A stretch of 64,000 nt of DNA from Trichoplax adhaerens. Lineage: Eukaryota > Animalia > Placozoa. The notes beneath the pieces are model-generated. The model searched no databases and had not been told where the DNA came from. It worked only from the letters and a program-made list of their open reading frames with translations. Positions 27,099 through 38,655 of this stretch are shown piece by piece. Each line of letters begins with the position of its first letter. The stretch's first letter is position 1. Location: positions 282,678-346,677 of the forward strand of contig NW_002060946.1 in the NCBI RefSeq assembly GCF_000150275.1, written 5' to 3'. A program made the translations under genes and the position numbers.

Positions 27099-27521
27099 AT
27101 GTCTGCAAAACGCTCTGTTTTAGTACTCTGCACCGGCAATTCTGCTAGAAGCCAGATGGGCGAAGGTCTTATCAATGCACGCTTGGAAGGATTTGAAGCC
27201 TATTCTGCAGGCACCCGTCCAGCACCACAGGTTAATCCTAATGCAATCGCTGCTCTTGCCGATATAGGCATCGATATTAGTAGCAATCGACCCAAGTCCG
27301 TGGACGAATTTAAAGACCGCCGATTTGATTTTGTTATCACTGTCTGTGGCTCTGCTGATGCTAACTGCCCTGCTTGGATAGGCAAAGTAGGTAAAAGATG
27401 TCATATCGGTTTTGAAGATCCTTCTCATACACAGGGTACACCTAACGAGATACTGGATGCATTCAAAAAGACTCGTGACATGATTGAAGATCAAGTATTT
27501 GCCTACTTGAGAAGCCAATGA
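27099..27521 (+). CDS. arsC: Thioredoxin-coupled arsenate reductase, LMW-PTP fold, bacterial type, intronless
   Basis: 140-aa uninterrupted ORF with P-loop C11TGNSAR17SQM, SAGT.P, resolving pair VITVC83GSADANC90P and acid loop FED107P. Cys spacing (72 and 7) equals that of Staphylococcus/Bacillus ArsC C10/C82/C89. Confidence 0.9.
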   Translation: MSAKRSVLVLCTGNSARSQMGEGLINARLEGFEAYSAGTRPAPQVNPNAIAALADIGIDISSNRPKSVDEFKDRRFDFVITVCGSADANCPAWIGKVGKRCHIGFEDPSHTQGTPNEILDAFKKTRDMIEDQVFAYLRSQ

Positions 27522-29205
27522 AATAGAAATATTGCATTGGCTACATCTCATGATATCAGTATCTTGTATAACTGCCATGCTACGATTGTAAAGCAACAGT
27601 AGTAGGCCAGTTGGTGAAACGATGATCGGATACTTTGGACGAACACGAAATTTCCACTAGCTATAACAGCACGCATAATTAATCCATATCATCTTCATTG
27701 AGGATAATTTGATGCGTTGTTTTAACTTGCTTAGCACGTTAGCATAGCTAAGTACACCTACACTACAGGATATTAGGACGATGCTAGATTAAGATACGCC
27801 AATATTTATGATATGTACCTTTATAATTTCGTTTAAATTCTCCATGATATGCAAATCTGTTCGAATAGAGCAAATTCTTATCAAGTATCGGTAGCTATCA
27901 AAATTTTACTATGATAATTATTTATTTATTTATATCAGTAATCTGATGCCAGTTCATCACTGCAATATTGTAGCATCAGTAGCTTGTTGACCGGTATAAT
28001 AAATAGAAGCAATTGATTAAGTTGAGCGTGGCAATCATCATGAATCAACTTTGAATTCTCTTTAGCTGAAATTTATAATTCTTAATCAATTTCCTGGTGT
28101 TTGCACATTGATTCTTCTTCTCTTACGGTACATCGCAAGCACGAGCTCAATATTGAGCAAAGCATGCAAACTCCATGGAATCGCCGACAAAGTTGCACCA
28201 TTCAGGGAACTGTTGTGTTCTGTCAAACAAAAGTTATCTCAAAACTTCATTCATGAGAAAAGTGCTGCTAGTAAATAGCACTATTTTATACTCGATTCTT
28301 TAAAGTACTGCATATGAAGGTTTTAATCATAGCCAACACTGTCAAATGAGCTAGTAATGCTTACTTGGCTGATATTTACTTACGAGCTAAGCCCAGAATG
28401 GAACCATTTCTTAATCGATTTCGATTCATATTTTACGAATAAGATTAGTAGATGCAGTGCTTAAATATAACTGAATCTCGATCTCCTAGTTATCGTATCT
28501 AACTTTGGGATGATATTCAATTTATTGAGGGTATAGTGATACACTAGTTCTAACGCTACCATTGCTATCTCTAATGCAGACTGCAGCCCTGGGAAAGCAG
28601 CATAACTTAGCCAAGTCATATTAACTACAGATTTAAAGGCAGAGCTATTAATACATCCAACCCGAACTGCCTGCGATCGAAAAATAGACCTGTGATCCAT
28701 TCATGGCCAGTCTTGGTCGTCAGCATTAACAGTGGAAGAAGAGAGAGGATATCAATCCGCCATGATTTCCAGTCATTTCCTGGATTGAGCAGTACTACCA
28801 GCTCCATTCATGTGTCCACTCCATAGTACTTTGACTATACCGAGCGGTACCCCGTCATACTATATTCTATACTATACCATACTAAAGCAGTATAGCTACT
28901 CGTTCATCGTCGGTTATGCTTATACAATTTCCTACAATGGTGTCGTCACAGTCAGTGGACTAACCGGAGTAGGACAGCAGTAATGAAGAAATCGATGGAG
29001 GCAATGCTGCTGCAAATTGCCTTCCAACGTCGTAATTCCTCCATACTACTGAAATTGTAATCCTACTATCTATCAAGCCTTGACTCTTCTCTATTACTGT
29101 TCTTATGATTACTGTATAAAGGCTATAGTTTAGCAGTCAGCCTCTATTTTAACCAATTCCCCTCTTATACTACCGATTGGCGTCGACCTCAAAAAGTTAC
29201 CAGTT

Positions 29206-31778
29206 ATGCCATTAATTATCATCACCGGTTTCCCATGTAGTGGCAAGAGCCTTCGAGCCCAGCAATTAATAGATTATATCAATGAAAATCATCCTGATTA
29301 TGCCGATCATATTCATCTCATTAGTGATCATAACCAAATGGTTGATAGAAATAAAGCTTACGAAGGTAGTTAATTGATATCATTCTTTAAATGGACATCC
29401 TGTTTTGTATAATTTCGCATGCTTGACTACAGCAATAATATACCAGTAAAGCTTCTTATTTAGACTCTTATGTATTATAGTAAAATATGGTATCTTGAAA
29501 GAACAATTTTAAAGATAATTACTGATGTCAATTCTCTTTCATGATCTAGCTTCAAATGCTGAAAAATCGGCTCGAGGCCATTTAAAAGCCGCAGTTGAAA
29601 GGTAAGCATGCCATCGGAATAGCACTACGCGAGAACTATACAGTCTAATGCTACTACCTATCATGCAAATCGATGCCTTGATATTGACTATGAATACTCT
29701 TGATTTACTTTTAAATGAGTTTAATGGCACAAATATTAACTAATGACGTATATTTTGGTCCTATAGGATAATTTCAAGCAAGGAAATTGTCATTCTTGAT
29801 TCATTGAATTACATCAAAGGTATACTGTACTATGTCCACTCTACACGTACATAGTAGATAGGCAATCCTATACAAGAGCAAAAATTTCTATTCTCTGCTA
29901 CAATTACTTGCCAACTTATTTCATTTATACACGTAAATTTCATTGGTAATCATAGAAATACGCTCTTTAAAACATTCTTCACTAGAACCGTATGATTTAT
30001 CAACCTTGCCATAAGTTCGATATCCTCTAATAAATATTCAACACGAACGAATAGGATTTCACTACGAACTATATTTACTAGAGTTGTATGATTGATCAAC
30101 CTCATTACCTGTTAGACCTTCTCTAATAAATATTCATCTCGAATGAATCAGGATTTCGCTACGAACTATATTGTATTAGCAAGTCTGCCAAGACAACTCA
30201 TTGCGTGGTAAGGTTATTTAAAGCAGGATCTGTAATACCGTAGATGCATTGTGAACGTTAAAAGCGTTCTCTGCTAAGCATTTTAATACGATCGATTCGA
30301 TTGGTGCTCACCAATCATAAATTAGATTTATATCCAGTGAAAATCAATCAACTAATGTCTAACTAGGCCATGATATTATGAACGTAGTATAATTATTTAG
30401 TTTTATAGTATGCCTAACGTCTGTGATGACATATCCACAGATATTTTGCGCTGTAACGAAAGATCAAGTAGAAGATTGGAATAGTAAAAGAGATAATGAC
30501 CAGCAATATCGTAAAGATATGTAAGTATTAGGCCTTACTTTGTAGTATACTGTAACCTTCTGTAGACTAAATATCAACTGCTGCGATAGGTACTCGTATT
30601 AAGTAATTGTACTTTTGTAGTTACTATATTATACTTATAGCATCTTCTATCTTACATAGCCTAGATGCATTAGTAATGAGGTATGAAGCACCTGATCCTC
30701 GAAATCGTTGGGATTCACCTCTTTTTGTAGTTCAGGTACATTAATTCTGGCTAAGCATAAAAATTTAACTTTTATAAAAGATATATGGTAGAAATACTTG
30801 AAGTGGATAGATGCATAAATTGTATTGGTCTATTCGAAAACAGGAACTAGATCAACTGCCATGTCAAACTATATGTGATGCATTATTTCATCGAAAACCA
30901 CCTCCGCCAAACCAATCTACTCAATGTGTAATCACATTCAATAAATTTTTACTACACTAGATAATTATCCATACTAATAGAAGAAAATGATAATGTGATG
31001 AATAATTCCAATGTGAAAACGTATAACGGTTTATTATGTCTTGTTGTAGCAACCATTATCAACAAATAATTTATTGTTCGAAATGGAGAAGATTACCATG
31101 GATATGATCACGGTACATTGACATTATCTCAATCTTGCTAACATTTTTGGTACTTATCTCCGTTTATATTTTATATCAGATGGTTATATACTATTGAATT
31201 ACACTGAAAGTTAATGTGATAACTTGTATCATTTACACTTTAAGAAATCTTTTTGTACTACTTTAATCCCTATTTATATTATAGACAATATTCCAACAGC
31301 AGAACAAACATTTGCCCGGTGAAGAATTAGTACTTCATCCAAAATCAAAAGAAAAAATATCCTTTACAGTTGAGTTTATTAAAGTCGTAATGACTTGCAA
31401 ATAATCGCTACAACCTAAATATACAATTACGATTAATATATCCCACTTCTGCATTAGCTTACAATTTTTTATTCTACACGTACACTGCATATGGTAGAAG
31501 TATAATCATGAATGTCACTGCGGTGTTAAGGGTTAACTTAAACTATCATGTACACATTTGTAATATGCCAATAATCTTGAAAATGCAGTGCTATAATTTT
31601 TAAAGTCGTATTGTTTCTCCTTAACCATTCTTACTTCAAATTTACGGAACGATTGTCCATGCCAAAGCTACAGCAAATTCGTCGTCAATTTATCGTTCAG
31701 TACAAAAATCGGCCTCCAAGTGACGCGTCTCAATTAGGGGAAATGTTCATTAAATTTTTGAATATGCAATTATCCTAA
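29206..31778 (+). CDS. KTI12: Elongator-associated P-loop protein KTI12, 10 coding exons
   Basis: MPLIIITGFPCSGKS, VILDSLNYIKGFRYELYC, MRYEAPDPRNRWDSPLF, PPPPNQSTQ and C-terminal LQQIRRQFI...EMFIKFLN; TAA at 31776-31778. Confidence 0.95.
29981..30172. repeat. ~96-bp tandem duplication (2 copies) spanning a KTI12 acceptor and exon start
   Basis: ACTAGA...GTATGATT.ATCAACCT...CTCTAATAAATATTCA...AGGATTTC.CTACGAACTATATT occurs twice. Confidence 0.88.
31357..31634 (+). other. U12-type (minor spliceosome) AT-AC intron, last intron of KTI12
   Basis: Donor ATATCCTTT at 31357, branch site TTCTCCTTAAC at 31615-31625, AC at 31633-31634. Removal joins ...PKSKEK|FKFTERLSMPKLQQIRRQF in frame. Confidence 0.93.
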
Positions 31779-32134
31779 TATTGTAGTTTTACTGACCATG
31801 TGTCTTCAGGACACAAATGGAGAGATTGTTTTAAATTAAAAATTACCGTAATTTTTTTTTCGAAAAATTGGATAAGACAATCGCGATCAACATTTATAAA
31901 GTTCTTAATCGTATTTTATTATCAATTCAAGGTGGAAAAGCTTAAAGTTTAAAATGAAATAAAAGTTATTTAAAAGTTAATGAATCTACCATGCGAATAA
32001 CCGTATTAACATCATCACCGACAAAACTGCCTTTGAAAAAAGTATTACATACGTAATAGTAGCAATATCCAAATCACAGAGATGTTTTAACAGTAATAGT
32101 ATTTACATAAGATTCATGGAAATTTCGAAAGGTA

Positions 32135-35100
32135 TTAATTTTCTTCTTCTCCAATTATACTCATACTAAGAGCAAGATCCCAATAATGCTCAACCCCGTA
32201 CTTTTTTAAATGTTCACGGGCTGCAATTTCAGTAGTAAACGATTTAAATCTCCAATCATTAAATGCTTTCTCTTTAACTTGCCCCTGTAAATTAAGAAAA
32301 TAATGCTTACGCCATCGATCTAGGGTTTAAGACAATACAACTTCAAAAATGTTTCATGAATTACCTCCCAAATAAGGCAACACTTATTCCGTCTTTCTTC
32401 CGATTTATTACTATCTTGTTTCGCTTTATTACAGAAACAGAAAAAAATATTACCGATCGCGATTGATTCTAATGCAAATTTTAAGAATGAAATAATACCA
32501 ATGACGTCCTCATTCCATTTGATGCGATGTAACATCAATCGTTTATACTTTTTCAGACTCTTTGGTCCTATAACACATTTATACGTTCAGATGTAAGCAA
32601 TATATCTCACAAGTGCTAAATTTTTTTATTCTCTTTATTTTCAAACCTCCTTCAACAATAACTATGTTGATATCTTTAAACATAACCACACATCCAGTTA
32701 ACAAAAACTGCTGAGCATTGGCATCAACTTTATATCGCTTTGATTGGTTATTCAAACTGTAAACTCTGTTAACATAAAAAGATGAAGTTTTAATATTTTC
32801 AAAGTCAATATTCAAAGACGATGATACTCATAATGATACCTATAAACGGATACATGACATCCAGTATTCATATCGTCCTTTAGCTTGCGTATCTTTTTCT
32901 CGCGTTTCTGTTCTGAAGTTAGTTTTCGAGCTGCGTTTGCAGCCTCATGAACTCTAGAAGTAAGAATAGGCAGAATCAAAGGAATTAATTTAGTGCTTAA
33001 ACCAATGTACGAGCATCGATAAGTCATTTAGAATGTACATTTAAGAATTGAATGGAAACAAACGTTACAGTATTAATATCGGCCATTATCAGTTTACCGT
33101 TGACGTTGCACCATCTGCTTTCTAACATGAGCTTCAACTTTTGTTGGATCTTGAATGGCTTCGTTACCAAGGACGCGCATTAAGTTACTTAATTTCACTA
33201 CGAAAATAATAAGAAACCTTAATCTTTCTCCTGAAACCTGGTTATATTTAATGCAAGGATATACTACGAATCCGAAGGTCAAGATTTTACCTTTAGGCTC
33301 AGGAGGAGCGACTGCTCCCAATCTTACTCTCTCTTGCTTTTCTGCTTCAATATCTTTCCTTTTTTGCCTTCTTATTTTCTTTCTTTCCTGCAAGAAAGAA
33401 AGAAATATGACTGTTACTAACGCTTGACATGTAATTACTAAATATGCTACAGCTGATGAATGAAATTGCTGACATTAGGTATTTATCAAGAAATTATCTC
33501 TATCTATTTTTCACTCCATTCATGATATGAGATTGTTATCTTGGCAGTACAGTACTACAGTCTTACTATAATATACCACAATCTAATACATTTTTAACAA
33601 GTAGTCAAATTTAAATATGATAATTCTGTCAAGTAAAATCAAATGCGCACATATTATAATAAGAAATTATAGTAGCATCGCTTCTGTTAGATTATGCTTA
33701 TAAATTAATAACTCTAGAAATTTTGATAATTTAAATGTTTAGATTTAGCCAAAACAATAATTTTATACTATTGATTGTCTGACCTTTTTAGTCAAATAAA
33801 CTTTCGGAGCAATTTGTTCTGGTTGATCACCTATAACAAATCATCTTAGGTCATTGTAATAATAGTGAAAAATATTATTACAACCGAATGCAATATCTAC
33901 CGGGAATTTTAACACTAGGAGGGTGTTCCACTAGCTTGGTAATAGCGCGAAATTCTACTTCATCCGATTCAATGAGTTCAACATCATTGTAACTATCAAA
34001 GCAATGGAATACAATTAAAAATCAGAGTATAAAATTGAAAGAAACTATAAAGTTACATATATTTATCGTTCCTAAAAAATAATTATCATTGCCTTTCATT
34101 GGGTAGAATTAACGAATCCCACCATTCCACATCAGGTATCAGATCATCTTGGAGCTGTAGAAAATGTGCATTTATTGCAAGCATTTATTGTAGTTCATTA
34201 GCGATCATAATACGAATAAAGATAGTGCATAATAAGCATTACACAATAAATAGTTCAAATGTTTACGTACAGCTTCTTTATGAGGCACAAGCATAGCAAT
34301 CTTTGTTGCAGACGAAATGCCTGTTTTCTGAGCAACGGAAGCAATTTCATTCTTTAATTTTTCTAATTTTTCCTATACGAGAGAGAGTTACCATGAGTAG
34401 GGCTTTAATACAAAAAAATAAACTTTGTATCAACAGCTAACCTTCGCACGCAATTGCTGAGCAACCCTTTCAAATTTGCCTTGCTCATGAAATTTAAATG
34501 ACCGTCGATTACGAGCACCCATAGTGATACTAGAACGATATTATAAATAATTGATTTATTTGAAGTGATCATAAAGCATTAACCTCATAAGTCAGAAATA
34601 GTACGAACTTAACACGTGGGTCAAAAAAACTTTTATTTTCTAGGTTATCGTCGATCTTATCAGTTTTAAATTGTTCAACTTTTTTGGCTGTGATATTTGC
34701 CTATAAGTAAAAAATTGATAACGCAAGATATTACTATTATGTTGTCAACTATAGCGTATCAGCAGTAAAGGTACTAGTTAAAAAGGTCAGTATCAACATG
34801 TAGTCATACTTTCAATGTTGGCATTCGTCGAGTCATTTGTATAGCTTTACCGCTTGCATCAACGATTCGACCTTCTTTATCTAATATTACAGATTTCGGT
34901 CTACGCGTATAGAATTCCAATTGAAATTAGTATCATTCATTTGTAAGAATAGGTAGAAGGGTTTTATCTAATTATTAAATATGCAAATTGTACTTTTGAT
35001 CCACGACGGGAAGTGATTTATTCCTAAAATTGAAGTATATTATTGTATAAGTACAAATGAGAAAAAAATAGAAGCGATATAAATATACTATGTTATACTT

Positions 35101-36969
35101 CTTACATTTCAAATCCTGGCGCAATTGACTTGATAGTCTGAAGCTGATCACCATACGAGAAAATAGTTATCGTTCAATCAGTATTAGTTATTTAATAAAT
35201 ACAGTATGAAATTATTATCGTAGTAATTTAATGCCATTTTACATACAAGTCATCACCGCTCTATGCGTACTTACTAAATCAGGTTTGTTACTGAATTGTT
35301 GTTGTATTTTAGCTTGAAGTTCGGCGGCTTTACGAGCTTTGTCAATAGCATCCTTAGCTAATTGCAGAGGTTGTCCAGCTAAAGGACCGCTCTATATAAG
35401 CGTGTAATGAAAGCGAAGATTGAGTATCTAAATTATTTGTAAGTATAAGTTAGCAGGTAGTTTAATTGAAAATTTAACGTTATTTTTCTTCTTGAAATTT
35501 TAGCTATTATCTCAATCGATTTTATAAAATGATGTTAGGCAATTGTAGTATGTTTTCGTCGATTACTAATAATTAGCCTTGAATGAATCATGTCAACTGC
35601 TTTGATATAATGATGTTGACTGACCCTACTCTCTACTCGGCTATTATAGATTCAATTTGAAATCATTATCTCAAGCGATAATTATAAAGTGATACTCGCT
35701 AACTGTAATATGTTTTCAGTCACTAACGATTAACCATAAATAATCATCTCAACCGATTGGATCAAATTCTATACGCTGACAGTAATCTATTTTCGGTTAG
35801 GGACGATTAACCACGAAGTAATCATCTCAACCGGTTAGGTAAAATTTCATTGGCTGACTGTACTCTATTTTCGGTTATTATCTTCTTTATTTAAAATGAC
35901 TAACATTTGTTGGATGTGCTTGGGTCGCCACTGGCTGCGGTATAGGGCCTTGAAGTTGCTTCTTTCTTTCCTCGATTTGCCTTTTGGTTATTTCCATTAG
36001 ATTTTTAATCTGCACAATAAAATATTACAAAATTAATATGATTTACGTTTCTCAATCTGTGCCAATGCAATTGAGATCTGCGAAACAACTATCTACAAAT
36101 ACAATTGTTTGAATTAGGTGAAAAAAAGACTAAAGAATCGTTTTATACTATCTGATGTAAGGGGGGCTACCTGCATCTTGCTTAATTCGGCTGGACCTTC
36201 CGTAGCGGGTGGTGGTAGTGGAGGACTATCAGGTCTTAAATCTGATGGATCGAATCTAATTGGCAAATCCGTACAGCAAAAGACAAATAGAGGCTATTAT
36301 TTACCCAATGATACTACGTATTAGAACATTAGTTAAGTTGACAGTTGTCCGTCAATATCCAAGCTAGCCGATGTCTAAGTTCGATGATGATAAAAAGTTG
36401 CAAACATACCTCTTTGGCTTCTTAATTGCTTGCCTTTGATCACTGGTATATTCATCAGCATCGTCTTGGCCGAAGACGTCCTACACAAATATGAAAATAG
36501 TTAAGAGTGTCTTTATGACGGTATTTCTTTTACTTTTTTAACCAACACAGTTTGCCGTAAGCCATTTTCTACCCTCACAATGACTACTGGTTACTACTAC
36601 AGCATTTCTATTGTTACGACTACGAAGGCTGATTCATTTTATCCTTGCAAAGGTAATGCATTCATTAGACATTCAAGTTCCAACGACAGCCAAGGATTCA
36701 ATCCAGTCATTAGGATAAATCAATCGCTCAAGTTCATGTCTTAAAGCATTTCCTTTACACTCATCACAGAAAGCGATTGATGCTACTGTACACCATGCCA
36801 TCAACATACACCGAATAAAAGTGCAAAGTACAGTATAGTGCAAGCATGATCATACAACTAACTCTCCATCATCCTCCATGCATCATCCATCGGAAATGAT
36901 GGAGTTTACCTTGATTGTTCGTTTGCCGTCCTCTTTCAATGGTGGAGGCTTTCTCACTTTGGATGACAT
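32135..36969 (-). CDS. PRPF3: U4/U6 snRNP protein Prp3, many exons
   Basis: ERKKIRRQ...[73 protein letters not shown] and EHYWDLALS; TAA at 32135-32137. First exon [20 protein letters not shown] at 36910-36969. Confidence 0.95.
35727..35877. repeat. ~76-bp diverged tandem duplication in a PRPF3 intron
   Basis: ACGATTAACCA...TAATCATCTCAACCG...GCTGAC.GTA.TCTATTTTCGGTTA occurs twice. Confidence 0.85.
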
Positions 36970-37306
36970 CTTTTAGTACTGTATGTTGGAAGTGAAGACG
37001 ATCGTCTATTTTACAATATCAAGGCCAAGGGTAAAATGGGTTGTAACCAAGCGTTTTATTAGTCGATTCACTATCCAACGAACTAAATGAATCGTCTTAG
37101 CGAGCTGAAAGTAAAATCAAGATGTCGACTGGCTGCAAGATTGGATTAGGCAGCTTGCGGCGCGTACCAGATCTAGTCCAGTACACCAAGTAGAGCTGGG
37201 AAATTGTGCCTACTGTAGCCTCCAGTCTTGAACGTGTTGAACATTGCCATTACATAGTGGATAGTACTCTGCCACAGTATACAGTACAGTACTGTACACT
37301 GAATGA

Positions 37307-38102
37307 GTCTGGCCGTCCAGTGGTCATCCTGTACAATGTACAGTACAGTGTACTGTACACTGTACGCTAAGGGCTTGTGCTGCATAGTACTGTAGACTGG
37401 AAGCGCCTTTAGACGGACAGACATTGGGCCTGATTCGGTCAAGATATTGTGCCAAACGCTTCATTATGACAATACTTTAGTATGCAGACAGTCGATTGTG
37501 AATGGACTGATTTTTTCTAAACGCAGCAATATTCCATTGCATTCCACTACCTGTTACTAAGCTCTGCTTAGAAGCAGTCAATTTAGATCATGAATGTTAT
37601 TCAAAAGAATACGAGTGATTTAGAAAGCAGACACGGAAGATCCATACTGAGTAACTATTTTTCACATTTTCGGCCTAATCGGGTATGAAAAGTCCGTCCG
37701 TCTAGTGGTCATTCTGTATTGTACAGTGTACAGTACAGTATACTGTACACTGTACGCCAAGGGCTTGTACTGTACTGTACTGTAGACTGGAAGCGCCTTT
37801 GGGCGGACAGACGTTGGGATTGATTCTGTCAAGAAATTGTGCCAAACGCTTCATTATGAGTTTATGCCAATACTTTAGTATGCAGATAGTCGATTGTGAA
37901 TGGACTGATTTTTTTCTAAACGCAGCAATATTCCATTGCATTCCATTACCTGTTACTAAGCTCTGCTTAGAAGCAGTCAATTTAGATCATGAATGTTGTT
38001 CAAATGAATACGAGTGATTTAGAAAGCAGACACGGAAGATCCATACTGAGTAACTATTTTTCCGCATTTTCGGCCTTATCGGGACGGAAAAGTCCGTCCA
38101 TC
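37307..38102. repeat. ~385-400 bp tandem duplication in the PRPF3 / thioredoxin-gene divergent promoter
   Basis: Long near-identical blocks (e.g. TGTGCCAAACGCTTCATTATGA...GAAAGCAGACACGGAAGATCCATACTGAGTAACTATTTTT) are present twice with scattered substitutions and small indels. Confidence 0.95.
37412..37702. mobile_element. Putative non-autonomous MITE-like element (second, more degraded copy at ~37802-38102)
   Basis: TA-GACGGACAGAC ... GTCCGTCCGTC-TA: inverted termini matching 10/11, extending imperfectly inward and flanked by TA on both sides. No coding capacity. Confidence 0.5.
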
Positions 38103-38655
38103 CGAGGAGAGTTTCTAGTCCAGATTATTTTTTTGCTAGTAGTCCATGTACTCACATTGGACTATATTAGTCTTGCAAGTACACAGTGCACCGTATCACT
38201 TTTTTAGTACATGTACTGCAGTCCATTTAGGGTACAGTCGACAATCGACATTATTCTGTACTACTGTACAGTATATCGATGGAGTGCAGTTCATTAACAT
38301 GATCAGTAAAATAGCAAAATAGTCCATTATTCCATTTTTACCACTGCAAGGTCGTTTCCAGGCGTTCGCTACCAGTGTTATTATGACTTGGTACCAACCG
38401 TTTGAGACGTATTTCAGCATTGTGAAATATCAAGTTAGAATCTGCAAAGGTCTACAATACTTACTAGCGTACTTACAGTACCGTACTGTCCAGTATTGTA
38501 CTGTAAATGGAAAGGCGCAACAGACGGACGGAATCGTACGGTAGTGAGCGGCTGACTGCAAACAGTCGCAACTCTTCACCAAGCTTTCCCTTGTCGCCAT
38601 TGGTAGCTTTGGAAACACGAGTAGAAAACGCCAAACGCCACTTTAATTGACAAGA

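Noticed and set aside
27099-27521. Reading the ORF as ordinary animal LMW-PTP (ACP1) or as bacterial contamination
   Set aside because: It lacks CLGNICRS and DPYYG but has the ArsC resolving cysteines. The flanks are host-like DNA between spliced animal genes with no other bacterial genes. Read-level confirmation is still needed.
27120-27596. 158-aa antisense ORF over arsC, and similar shadow ORFs over MYO5, PRPF3 and the Trx gene
   Set aside because: These are opposite-strand or alternative-frame shadows of real exons with no recognisable motifs.
4451-33265. Other ATATCCT words (~4452, ~26149, ~28747 minus, ~30020, ~33255 minus) as U12 donors
   Set aside because: They are not at exon boundaries, have no matching CCTTAAC branch site, and canonical GT-AG splicing explains the genes.
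37529-37546. TTCCATTGCATTCC resembles U1 snRNA loop II
   Set aside because: No ATACTTACCTG 5' end or other U1 elements; it lies within the duplicated element.
37702-38207. ORFs inside the duplicated promoter unit as a transposase or small gene
   Set aside because: Frames are not preserved between the two copies and there are no DDE or other motifs.
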